DNA of 64,000 nucleotides from NCBI GenBank assembly GCA_048213135.1, contig PS015009.1, positions 930,001 through 994,000 of the forward strand, read 5' to 3'. A program made the translations under genes and the position numbers. The notes beneath the pieces were generated by a model. It was not told the origin of the DNA and searched no databases. It saw only the letters and a list, made by a program, of their open reading frames with translations. Of this stretch, positions 10,157 to 17,332 are shown piece after piece. The stretch's first letter is position 1, and each line of letters begins with the position of its first letter. The stretch is from Reclinomonas americana ATCC 50394 (lineage: Eukaryota).

Positions 10157-10306
10157 CTCCTGGTGTCTTTATAGCAATTCACCGGCTCCTCCCTGTGCAA
10201 CTTTGTGAAAACCCTTCATACCCTCTGTGACAGAAAAACTCCCTGCACGTATTTCCCGCACATCAACCCCTTTAAATTACCCGTATTTTACATTGAAATG
10301 GTTAAC

Positions 10307-10334
10307 TTGAACCGATCAAAACAAAATACATTTG
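10307..10334 (+). promoter_or_regulatory. Bacteroidota promoter (TTG-N17-TACATTTG) for the XRE regulator
   Basis: TACATTTG at 10327-10334 ends 4 nt before the ATG at 10339; TTG at 10307-10309. Confidence 0.65.
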
Positions 10335-10338
10335 TACC

Positions 10339-10743
10339 ATGACAACCAACAACAGAACCATACACCAGGGCCGCAACGTAAAGCGTTTTCGTGAAATGCT
10401 GGGCATAAAGCAGGACGCCCTTGCCGCCGACCTGGGCGACGACTGGAACCAGCAAAAAGTATCGCTGCTGGAACAAAAGGAAACTATTGATGATCGGCTG
10501 CTGCAGCAACTCTCTGCCGCACTTAAGATACCCGTGGAAGCGATTGAGAATTTTGATGAGGAGCAGGCGGTGAATATAATTTCGAACACCTTCAACACGC
10601 ATGACCAATCAAACGGCGTAAATGCATATCCTACTTTCAATTTCAACCCGGCTGAAAAAATGATTGAGTTATACGAACGCATGCTGCAGCAGCAAAAGGA
10701 AATGATTGAGAAGTTGGAGAAATTGTTGGAAAGGGGGAAATAA
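10339..10743 (+). CDS. XRE/Cro-C1 family helix-turn-helix transcriptional regulator
   Basis: HQGRNVKRFREMLGIKQDALAADLGDDWNQQKVSLLE HTH, followed by a C-terminal coiled coil (LYERMLQQQKEMIEKLEKLL), typical of Bacteroidota XRE proteins. Confidence 0.9.
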   Translation: MTTNNRTIHQGRNVKRFREMLGIKQDALAADLGDDWNQQKVSLLEQKETIDDRLLQQLSAALKIPVEAIENFDEEQAVNIISNTFNTHDQSNGVNAYPTFNFNPAEKMIELYERMLQQQKEMIEKLEKLLERGK

Positions 10744-10765
10744 ACCTTTTAGTTGAAATATTATA

Positions 10766-10797
10766 AAAAAGCTGCATGAAAATGCGGCTTTTTGTTT
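10766..10797 (+). terminator. Intrinsic terminator after the XRE gene
   Basis: AAAAAGCTGCAT-GAAA-ATGCGGCTTTTT hairpin followed by a T-rich tail. Confidence 0.7.
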
Positions 10798-10909
10798 ATG
10801 TTTATTGTGCCCTAAAATCCGATGCCTGTTAATCTCCTCAAGGCGAGTTTTGCCAGAAGCTATGTTTCACAATTTAACTGAGTTCGCAAATACAGCATGA
10901 ATTTGTGGG

Positions 10910-10981
10910 ATTGGCGAAGGTTGATTTCGCGTAATAGGTGTATTGGCGAAACCTTATTTCGTCAATACACGAGTTAGGCGC
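10910..10981 (+). other. Putative recombination site (attI/attC-like) ending in core GTTAGGC
   Basis: Two tandem dyads, ATTGGCGAA-N7-TTCGCGTAAT (10910-10935) and ATTGGCGAA-N7-TTCGTCAAT (10942-10966). A 13-bp hairpin pairs 10938-10950 with 10958-10970. GTTRRRY core at 10973-10979. Confidence 0.5.
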
Positions 10982-11008
10982 AAGCCGAAGAACATTAACC
11001 TTATCTAG

Positions 11009-11818
11009 ATGAAAAAGGAAAATAATCACCAAGAAGAAGAACAAGATTCCATTACGTTTGGCACCCAAGGATTTAGTGAAGAATTTACGAGTTCAGTTGG
11101 TAAATTGACTCTCAATTTTGCGCATTTAGAATTCATGTTTTCCTTGTTTGCGGGTATGCATATGAATACAGGTTATCCATTTAATGAACTTGTTTTATCA
11201 GAGCTTAGTTTTCGCCAACTTATGAATGTTAGTGTTGGCCTTCACGAATTACTTGAAACTGACAAAAGCAAACGAGATGAATTTAAAGAAATTGTCAAAA
11301 GAGCAACTTTTCTCGAACAACAGCGAAATACAATAACTCATTCGTTTTATGGAATGGAAGCAAAAAGTAAAGCAATAGTTCGCTACAAAAATGTTACGAG
11401 AATAAAAAGTGGTTATAGACAACAAAGACAAGAAATCACTGCTGACAATATACTCGCCATTGCATCCGAAATTGAAGAACTTAGTTTCACTTTAGGCAAG
11501 CTAATCTATGAAATAGACGAAGGCTGGTGGGAGAAAGATGCTAGAAATCCAGAAAATAAAGTAGATAGTGACATGAAAGAACTGATTATTGAAGACAAAC
11601 AAAAGTATCTTGACGAAAACTTTCCTTTTGAGAACGTACCAAACCTAAATGACCAGAGATGTTGTATTCATTGTGAGAAGATTATTAGAGTTGGAGATTA
11701 CAAAGTTTTCAAAGATGAAATGGGAGATGAATTCATTTGCTGTCCAAATACACCCGATTGCAACGGAACAGTAATTGATTGGGTTTCGACGGATTACCTT
11801 GATTCTTTGAAAAAGTAA
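11009..11818 (+). CDS. Hypothetical protein: HEPN-like (RxxxxH) N-terminal domain fused to a Cys-rich Zn-binding C-terminal domain; cassette-like
   Basis: AT-rich ORF with RNTITH in a helical-looking region, then CCIHC...CCPNTPDC. Flanked by GTTAGGCGC and GCGCCTAAC. Confidence 0.7.
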   Translation: MKKENNHQEEEQDSITFGTQGFSEEFTSSVGKLTLNFAHLEFMFSLFAGMHMNTGYPFNELVLSELSFRQLMNVSVGLHELLETDKSKRDEFKEIVKRATFLEQQRNTITHSFYGMEAKSKAIVRYKNVTRIKSGYRQQRQEITADNILAIASEIEELSFTLGKLIYEIDEGWWEKDARNPENKVDSDMKELIIEDKQKYLDENFPFENVPNLNDQRCCIHCEKIIRVGDYKVFKDEMGDEFICCPNTPDCNGTVIDWVSTDYLDSLKK

Positions 11819-11826
11819 ACCTGTAA

Positions 11827-11875
11827 TTTGGCCAGCGCCTAACATCAGGTTTGCCGCAAGCCTATTGGCGGCAGT
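11827..11875 (+). other. Partial attC-like site: inverse core GCCTAAC plus a small hairpin
   Basis: GCGCCTAAC at 11835-11843 starts 16 nt after the stop, followed by a TGCCGC...GCGGCA dyad. No clear downstream GTTRRRY was found. Confidence 0.5.
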
Positions 11876-12013
11876 ACACAAATTGGGGGGACACGGCAGA
11901 CAACCCAAGCTATTGACAACAATTTCACTGCCGACAAACCTTAACTATGCCATCAAACACTGCCAATTACTTTCATTTGCCTTTTAAGTTGCTTTATCCC
12001 TAAATTATAGATT

Positions 12014-13780
12014 ATGTATTTAGAAAAATTCATCATAAAGAATTTCAGAGGCATCGAAGATATTTCGTTGACTTTTAATAAAGGACTAAATGTTCTGATT
12101 GGTGAGAACAATGCTGGCAAGACTGCAATTATTGATGCACTTCGGATTTGTTTGAGTTACGGAAATCAAAGAAGAGAAATCTATGTTTCGCAATCTGACT
12201 TTCACCACGACAAGAATGCCGTATGTGATGGAGCCGAGAATATTGAATTCCATTTACACTTTCACATTGACGTTCCTGAAGAAGCAGGCTGGTTCAATGA
12301 CCTCTTATGCATTCAGGAAAATGGCACACAAGATTTGCAATTACATTTCAGGTTTTATCTTGACGAAAACGAAAGAGTAAAATACAAAGTTTGGGGAGGT
12401 GCAAATGAGGGACAAGCAATTGCCCCTGAAGTTCTTTTCCTAATCTATCATGTTCACTTGGATGCTTTGCGAGATGCAGAACAGTATTTAAGACCAGTTC
12501 GAGGAAACAGATTAGGGCAACTTTATTCTAATATTCAAATTGACCCAAACCACGATACTGACCAAGAAAAAAAAAGGGAATTAGCCAAGAAAGTTCGTTC
12601 CGCAGTTGATAACGATGCTGAATGGATTGGGCATGTTGCTAAAGGAAAAGAGAAAATCAATGAGCATTTAAAAGAAACAAGCTTTACCGACAAACAGCAA
12701 CAAGTTGAGATTTCATTTCTCCCTTTTGACTTCAACAAATTGGTTGACAATTTGAAAATTCAAATGCCGCTTTACTCTGACGAACTATTAGGCGGAGACC
12801 CGACAAAGCAAAAACATTTTGAACTTTATCAGAATGGATTAGGTTATAACAATCTTATTTATACTGCAACAGTATTAGGTGATTTGAAACAAAGAAAAGA
12901 AAGACAGAAAGAAACCTATTCAGCACTGTTAATTGAAGAACCAGAAGCACACCTGCACCCCCAATTGCAAAACTTGTTTTTCAATTATCTAAACAAACTT
13001 GATACTGAGCAAGGTTTTCAAATTTTTATTTCCTCACATTCTCCCACGATAACAGCAAAAGCAAACTTGAAATCAGTAATTGTTCTTCAAAACCAAGTGA
13101 ATAAAATTCATGCTCTTTCTCTTTCAAAATCAGGATTGAGTGACGAAAATCATAAGTATCTGCACAAATTTTTAGATGTTACAAAATCACAAATATTTTT
13201 TTCTAATGGAGCAATTTTAGTTGAAGGAATTTCCGAAGCGTTGCTTATGCCTGTTATTAGTCGAATAGTTGGAGCAGAATATAACATTGACAAAGCAGGG
13301 ATAGAGTTGGTAAATATTAACGGCGTTGCCTTCTCACATTTCGCAAATCTTTTCAACAATGATGATGATGTAAAAAATTTAAAAACAAGATGCTCTCTAA
13401 TTACAGACGATGATACTGCCGATGAGAATGATGAGATTACTTCAAGAGCAAAAATTGCAAAAGGACTTGAAAATAAAAATCTAAAAGTTTTTCTTGCCGA
13501 AAGAACATTTGAGTTTGAACTTTTCATTGCGGGGAATAAGGATTTGCTATTAACGATATTCGCAGAGATGCATCCTGTCGCAGCAGGAAGAATTGTAGCC
13601 AACGCAGACATAAAAATTCATGGAGCCAATTTTTTAGAAAAAGTAATTTCAAATAAAGCAAAGTCTGAATTAGCTCACAGATTAACGGTAAAACTTTCTA
13701 CTGATGAAGCTGCAAGAAACGCCTTTCAAGTCCCAGCTTACATTCAAAATGCAATTAAATATGCTGTTAAGGGAGAATAA
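12014..13780 (+). CDS. gajA: OLD-family ATP-dependent endonuclease (ABC ATPase + TOPRIM), GajA-like
   Basis: Walker A GENNAGKT, Walker B/D-loop LLIEEPEAHLHP, H-loop SSHSP, TOPRIM ILVEGISE and ITDDD. The stop overlaps the next ATG (TAATG). Confidence 0.85.
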   Translation: MYLEKFIIKNFRGIEDISLTFNKGLNVLIGENNAGKTAIIDALRICLSYGNQRREIYVSQSDFHHDKNAVCDGAENIEFHLHFHIDVPEEAGWFNDLLCIQENGTQDLQLHFRFYLDENERVKYKVWGGANEGQAIAPEVLFLIYHVHLDALRDAEQYLRPVRGNRLGQLYSNIQIDPNHDTDQEKKRELAKKVRSAVDNDAEWIGHVAKGKEKINEHLKETSFTDKQQQVEISFLPFDFNKLVDNLKIQMPLYSDELLGGDPTKQKHFELYQNGLGYNNLIYTATVLGDLKQRKERQKETYSALLIEEPEAHLHPQLQNLFFNYLNKLDTEQGFQIFISSHSPTITAKANLKSVIVLQNQVNKIHALSLSKSGLSDENHKYLHKFLDVTKSQIFFSNGAILVEGISEALLMPVISRIVGAEYNIDKAGIELVNINGVAFSHFANLFNNDDDVKNLKTRCSLITDDDTADENDEITSRAKIAKGLENKNLKVFLAERTFEFELFIAGNKDLLLTIFAEMHPVAAGRIVANADIKIHGANFLEKVISNKAKSELAHRLTVKLSTDEAARNAFQVPAYIQNAIKYAVKGE

Positions 13781-15471
13781 TGTTTGAATCACTATCAGAT
13801 AAACAAAGAGAAATCGTTTTTGATAAATCCGGCAAGTTCGTTGTTAGGGCTTGCCCTGGTAGCGGCAAGACATATTGTGTTAGTGCACGACTTGCAAGAT
13901 TGATTTTAGATTGGAAACAGGAATACCAAGGTATAGCGGCTGTTTCTTTTACAAATGTTGCTTGGCAAGAAATAGAAAAAAAATACTCTGAAGAATTTCA
14001 AATAGGCGATAGAATCTCTTTCCCTCACTACTTAGGAACGATTGATAGCTTTGTAAACAAGTACATTTTTCTTCCTTACGGACATTTAGTTTTAAAGTGT
14101 AAAAACAGACCTACATTAGTTGGTGAGCCACACGGTATTTGGACAGGAAGGTTTTTCAGCGATAGCTTATTTGACAATATCAGCTATAAAATTGATGGTA
14201 CTCTATACGCTATCAATGAAAGAATAATGCCGCAGAACTGGCTAAATAACCAACATATAGTCAACTCAAAAAAGAACATCAACAAGGGTGGCTACGCCAC
14301 CCAATCTGATGCGAATTATTTTGCAATGAAAATCCTTGAAGCATTCCCTCAAATTGCCAAGGCAATTGCATTTAGGTTTCCATACTTAATTGTAGATGAA
14401 GCACAGGATACTTCAGATATTCAAATGCGAATTATTGACTTACTGATAGAGAACGGGTTAAATCAAGTAATGCTTGTTGGAGACCCTGACCAAGCAATTT
14501 TTGAATGGAACGATGCAAGACCAGATTTACTTAACCAAAAATATAACGAGTGGCAAGATTCCGTGGTATTAAATGAGAGCAGGAGAAGTTCACAAAGGAT
14601 TTGCAATTTCACACATAATATATCTTCTCTTGCAGAACCATCTACTGCAGTCAGTGATGGTGTAAAAGATTTTGTACATCAGCCAAGAGTTATTTTATAC
14701 GACAATAATCTTCCACAAATTGTTGCAGATTTTATTTCAGAATGTGAACATAATGGAATTGATGTCTCAGAAGAATCCGTTGCAGTTATTTATAGAAGTA
14801 AAAATCTCTTTAACGATATAACGGGAATTCCAGAGGTTCCTTACAATTCTAGCCCTTGGTCAACACATGATAATTATACAAAGGATTTCGCAAGAGGGAA
14901 ATTCTTATATGACAATGGAGATTTTAAAGGAGGGTTTAAAGCAATTGAAAAGGCAATCTTAAAACAGGTTGGAAAGCTGTCCTTTTGCTCAGAGGACACT
15001 ATAGAAAAAATGATTAACAAGATTGGTTTTGTAAAGTTCAAATCACAAGTCTTTGCCTTTATCAATTCCCTTCCTAAATCTGACACAACTCTTGGCATTT
15101 GGATAACGGCAACTAATAAAATACTTACTGACAACAATATTAATTTTCAACTTAGCATCAATAATGCAGGTGCTGATTATTCATTTAATCAAGTATTTCA
15201 ATACGAAAGTGAAGAAATAGCTGACAGGAACTACCGACTTGGAACAGTACATAGTGTAAAAGGGGAAACTTTTGACGCAACACTTTTAGTTTTAAAAACA
15301 AAAGGGATTGGCAAAGCATACAAAACAATATTGAATCAGAATATTTCAATTTCTGATAGTGAGGAATTACGAATTGCTTATGTAGGTATGACAAGACCAA
15401 GAAAGATTTTACTCATAGCTGTTCCAAATCAAGACAACAAAACAGCTTGGGACAACAAACTAAGTCCATAG
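13780..15471 (+). CDS. gajB: UvrD-like SF1 helicase, GajB-like
   Basis: ACPGSGKT, IVDEAQD, VGDPDQAIF, TVHSVKGETFD and YVGMTR motifs; 563 aa, shorter than UvrD; coupled to an OLD nuclease as in Gabija. Confidence 0.82.
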   Translation: MFESLSDKQREIVFDKSGKFVVRACPGSGKTYCVSARLARLILDWKQEYQGIAAVSFTNVAWQEIEKKYSEEFQIGDRISFPHYLGTIDSFVNKYIFLPYGHLVLKCKNRPTLVGEPHGIWTGRFFSDSLFDNISYKIDGTLYAINERIMPQNWLNNQHIVNSKKNINKGGYATQSDANYFAMKILEAFPQIAKAIAFRFPYLIVDEAQDTSDIQMRIIDLLIENGLNQVMLVGDPDQAIFEWNDARPDLLNQKYNEWQDSVVLNESRRSSQRICNFTHNISSLAEPSTAVSDGVKDFVHQPRVILYDNNLPQIVADFISECEHNGIDVSEESVAVIYRSKNLFNDITGIPEVPYNSSPWSTHDNYTKDFARGKFLYDNGDFKGGFKAIEKAILKQVGKLSFCSEDTIEKMINKIGFVKFKSQVFAFINSLPKSDTTLGIWITATNKILTDNNINFQLSINNAGADYSFNQVFQYESEEIADRNYRLGTVHSVKGETFDATLLVLKTKGIGKAYKTILNQNISISDSEELRIAYVGMTRPRKILLIAVPNQDNKTAWDNKLSP

Positions 15472-15493
15472 TATCGGAACAATGAAGGCTACC

Positions 15494-15520
15494 TGCCGTG
15501 GTTGGTATTATCACCAACCA
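15494..15520 (+). repeat. 15-bp direct repeat, copy 2, within a REP-like hairpin (TGGTTGGT-N6-ACCAACCA)
   Basis: tgccgtggttggtattatcaccaacca. Confidence 0.7.
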
Positions 15521-15625
15521 TGTTTCATAAACCGGAAGGAGTTCTTCTCCTTCAGCAATGCTACGAATGACAATATCAGCAGCTGCGTCAAAACGTTGCA
15601 GATATCGCCAAATCAAAACATCCAA

Positions 15626-15693
15626 TCAGGGAAAGACTTTATAAATATCTTTTCTATGAATAAAGCGGGCAAGAAGAATGGTAGAACTTTCAT
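15626..15693 (-). pseudogene. Remnant of a RelE/ParE-family toxin with an internal deletion
   Basis: The ATG overlaps the antitoxin stop (TGATG). MKV(L) is joined out of frame to TILLARFIHRKDIYKVFP*, a RelE/StbE-like C-terminus. Only 68 nt remain. Confidence 0.75.
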
Positions 15694-15890
15694 CAGGCAG
15701 ATAATTTTTTCATTATCTCAGCCCGGCTGGCCTTTTTTGTTTTATCTGCCTGGCGCATCAATTTAGACATTCCAATATCTTCCAACTCCTCCTGGGTTAC
15801 CGTTGACGAGCCAACGCCAAGCTTTTTAAGTAGGTCGCTAATGAATTTAAATTCGTTGCTGTTTTTTGGAGTAACTACCAGTGCTTTCAT
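15693..15890 (-). CDS. Small putative type II antitoxin
   Basis: 65 aa (MKALVVTPKNSNEFKFISDLLKKLG...EDIGMSKLM), directly upstream of and coupled to the RelE remnant. Confidence 0.7.
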   Translation of the reverse strand: MKALVVTPKNSNEFKFISDLLKKLGVGSSTVTQEELEDIGMSKLMRQADKTKKASRAEIMKKLSA

Positions 15891-15954
15891 ATAACAAATG
15901 CACTAAAAACGGCAGACTTTCCATTCCTTCATTCTTTCCTTCTTCATTCCTTCA

Positions 15955-16701
15955 TTATAATATCCATTCCACCTCCCCAAACCCAAACTCCCGCTCCACA
16001 CTATCCGAAGTCTGCAACTGCCCGTTCATAGTTACCCCGTCCACCCTCGTCTCAAACACCATATTCTCCTTCCGCAGCTTCACCTTTTCGCCCAGTTTGT
16101 ACAAATGGCTGTTGTATTTTTTATGAAGCTCTTCGGCAGTACCGTCGTGCATCAGTTCCGCTTTTTCCAGTACCAGGCCGTGTAATTCAGTTGCCAGGCC
16201 TACCGTATCGTAATTCCGGCCGGTGACCTGCTTCAGTGATACGGGGTTTTTAAGGTTGCCCGTAAAGCTCAGCTGGTTGATGTTGATGCCTATACCGGCC
16301 ACGGCCCATTTCCATTCCCGCCCATGAAAAATATTTTCTATAAGTATGCCGCCTGCCTTTCTGTCATTGTAATACAGGTCGTTAGGCCATTTTATGGAGC
16401 AGCCCGGCCCGGCATAGGCGGAAAAAAAGCTGAAGCAGGCTTCGGCAATGGCCATACTCAGGTGGAACTGCTTACCGGCCGGAAGGCCCGCCGGGTCAAT
16501 AATGATGCTCATGGCGATGTTCTGGTCACGCGTCATTTCCCAGCTTTTACCCCGCTGGCCCTTGCCCTGGGTCTGCTCCCGGGCAAACCAGCCCATGCCA
16601 TGGTTCGCCAATCCTGCATGAATCCGGTCCATGGCATAGTTGTTGGTGCTGTCTACGCTGTCGAGTATTTTAAGCAGGGAAGAGCCGGGCATAAGAGACA
16701 A
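15955..16701 (-). CDS. birA: Biotin--[acetyl-CoA-carboxylase] ligase (no N-terminal HTH)
   Basis: DSTNNYA, QTQGKGQRGKSW, IKWPNDL and KAGGILIE motifs. Confidence 0.93.
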   Translation of the reverse strand: MSLMPGSSLLKILDSVDSTNNYAMDRIHAGLANHGMGWFAREQTQGKGQRGKSWEMTRDQNIAMSIIIDPAGLPAGKQFHLSMAIAEACFSFFSAYAGPGCSIKWPNDLYYNDRKAGGILIENIFHGREWKWAVAGIGININQLSFTGNLKNPVSLKQVTGRNYDTVGLATELHGLVLEKAELMHDGTAEELHKKYNSHLYKLGEKVKLRKENMVFETRVDGVTMNGQLQTSDSVEREFGFGEVEWIL

Positions 16702-16826
16702 AATGGCTAATAATTGTTACTTTTGAATAATAATTGCAAGCTACAGGCTGGCTGGCAAAAAACAATAATAAATACCCCGCCATTTGTACAGTGGCAAGGG
16801 TGTTGATCAACTAAAACTTTTCGCAT

Positions 16827-17231
16827 TTGGACAACTTGAACGCACTGAATACACGCAAAAAAAACAGCGTGGTAAGATTAACGAGGAACAGCAAAATCTT
16901 TAAAGCCATCATTCACGCCATACAGGAGAAGAAAGGAGAGCATATTGTAAGCCTCGATCTCCGGAAGATTCCGGAAGCGGTAGCAGATTTTTTCATCATT
17001 TGCCAGGCCAACAGCAATACCCAGCTAAAGGCGATTGCGGATTTCATTGAAGAAGATGTTAAAAATAAATGCCTGGAGACTCCCTACAAACATGAAGGCC
17101 GCCAGGCACAGCAATGGATACTGATCGACTACGTTAATATAGTGGTGCATGTAATGCTGCCCGAACCGCGTAAGTTCTACCAGCTGGAAGAAATGTGGAG
17201 CGATGCACCCCTTATGGAACACCTGGGGTAA
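16827..17231 (+). CDS. rsfS: Ribosome silencing factor
   Basis: DFFIIC, WILIDYVNIVVHVM and FYQLEEMW motifs. Start codon uncertain (TTG). Confidence 0.9.
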   Translation: MDNLNALNTRKKNSVVRLTRNSKIFKAIIHAIQEKKGEHIVSLDLRKIPEAVADFFIICQANSNTQLKAIADFIEEDVKNKCLETPYKHEGRQAQQWILIDYVNIVVHVMLPEPRKFYQLEEMWSDAPLMEHLG

Positions 17232-17332
17232 GCTCATCAAAATTGATTACTTTACGATAAAATAACGGCCATACCCGATCGTCTCCGTCAGAGACGGGTA
17301 AGTACCCATAAACAAGGCAATACAAGAAAAAT

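Noticed and set aside
10924-10951. dif/pdif (XerCD) site
   Set aside because: ATTTCGCGTAA resembles a XerC arm, but no TTATGTTAAAT-like XerD arm follows.
15413-15766. ORFs 15413-15625 (-) and 15482-15766 (+)
   Set aside because: They run through REP-like repeats and overlap gajB or the TA remnant, and show no recognisable motifs.
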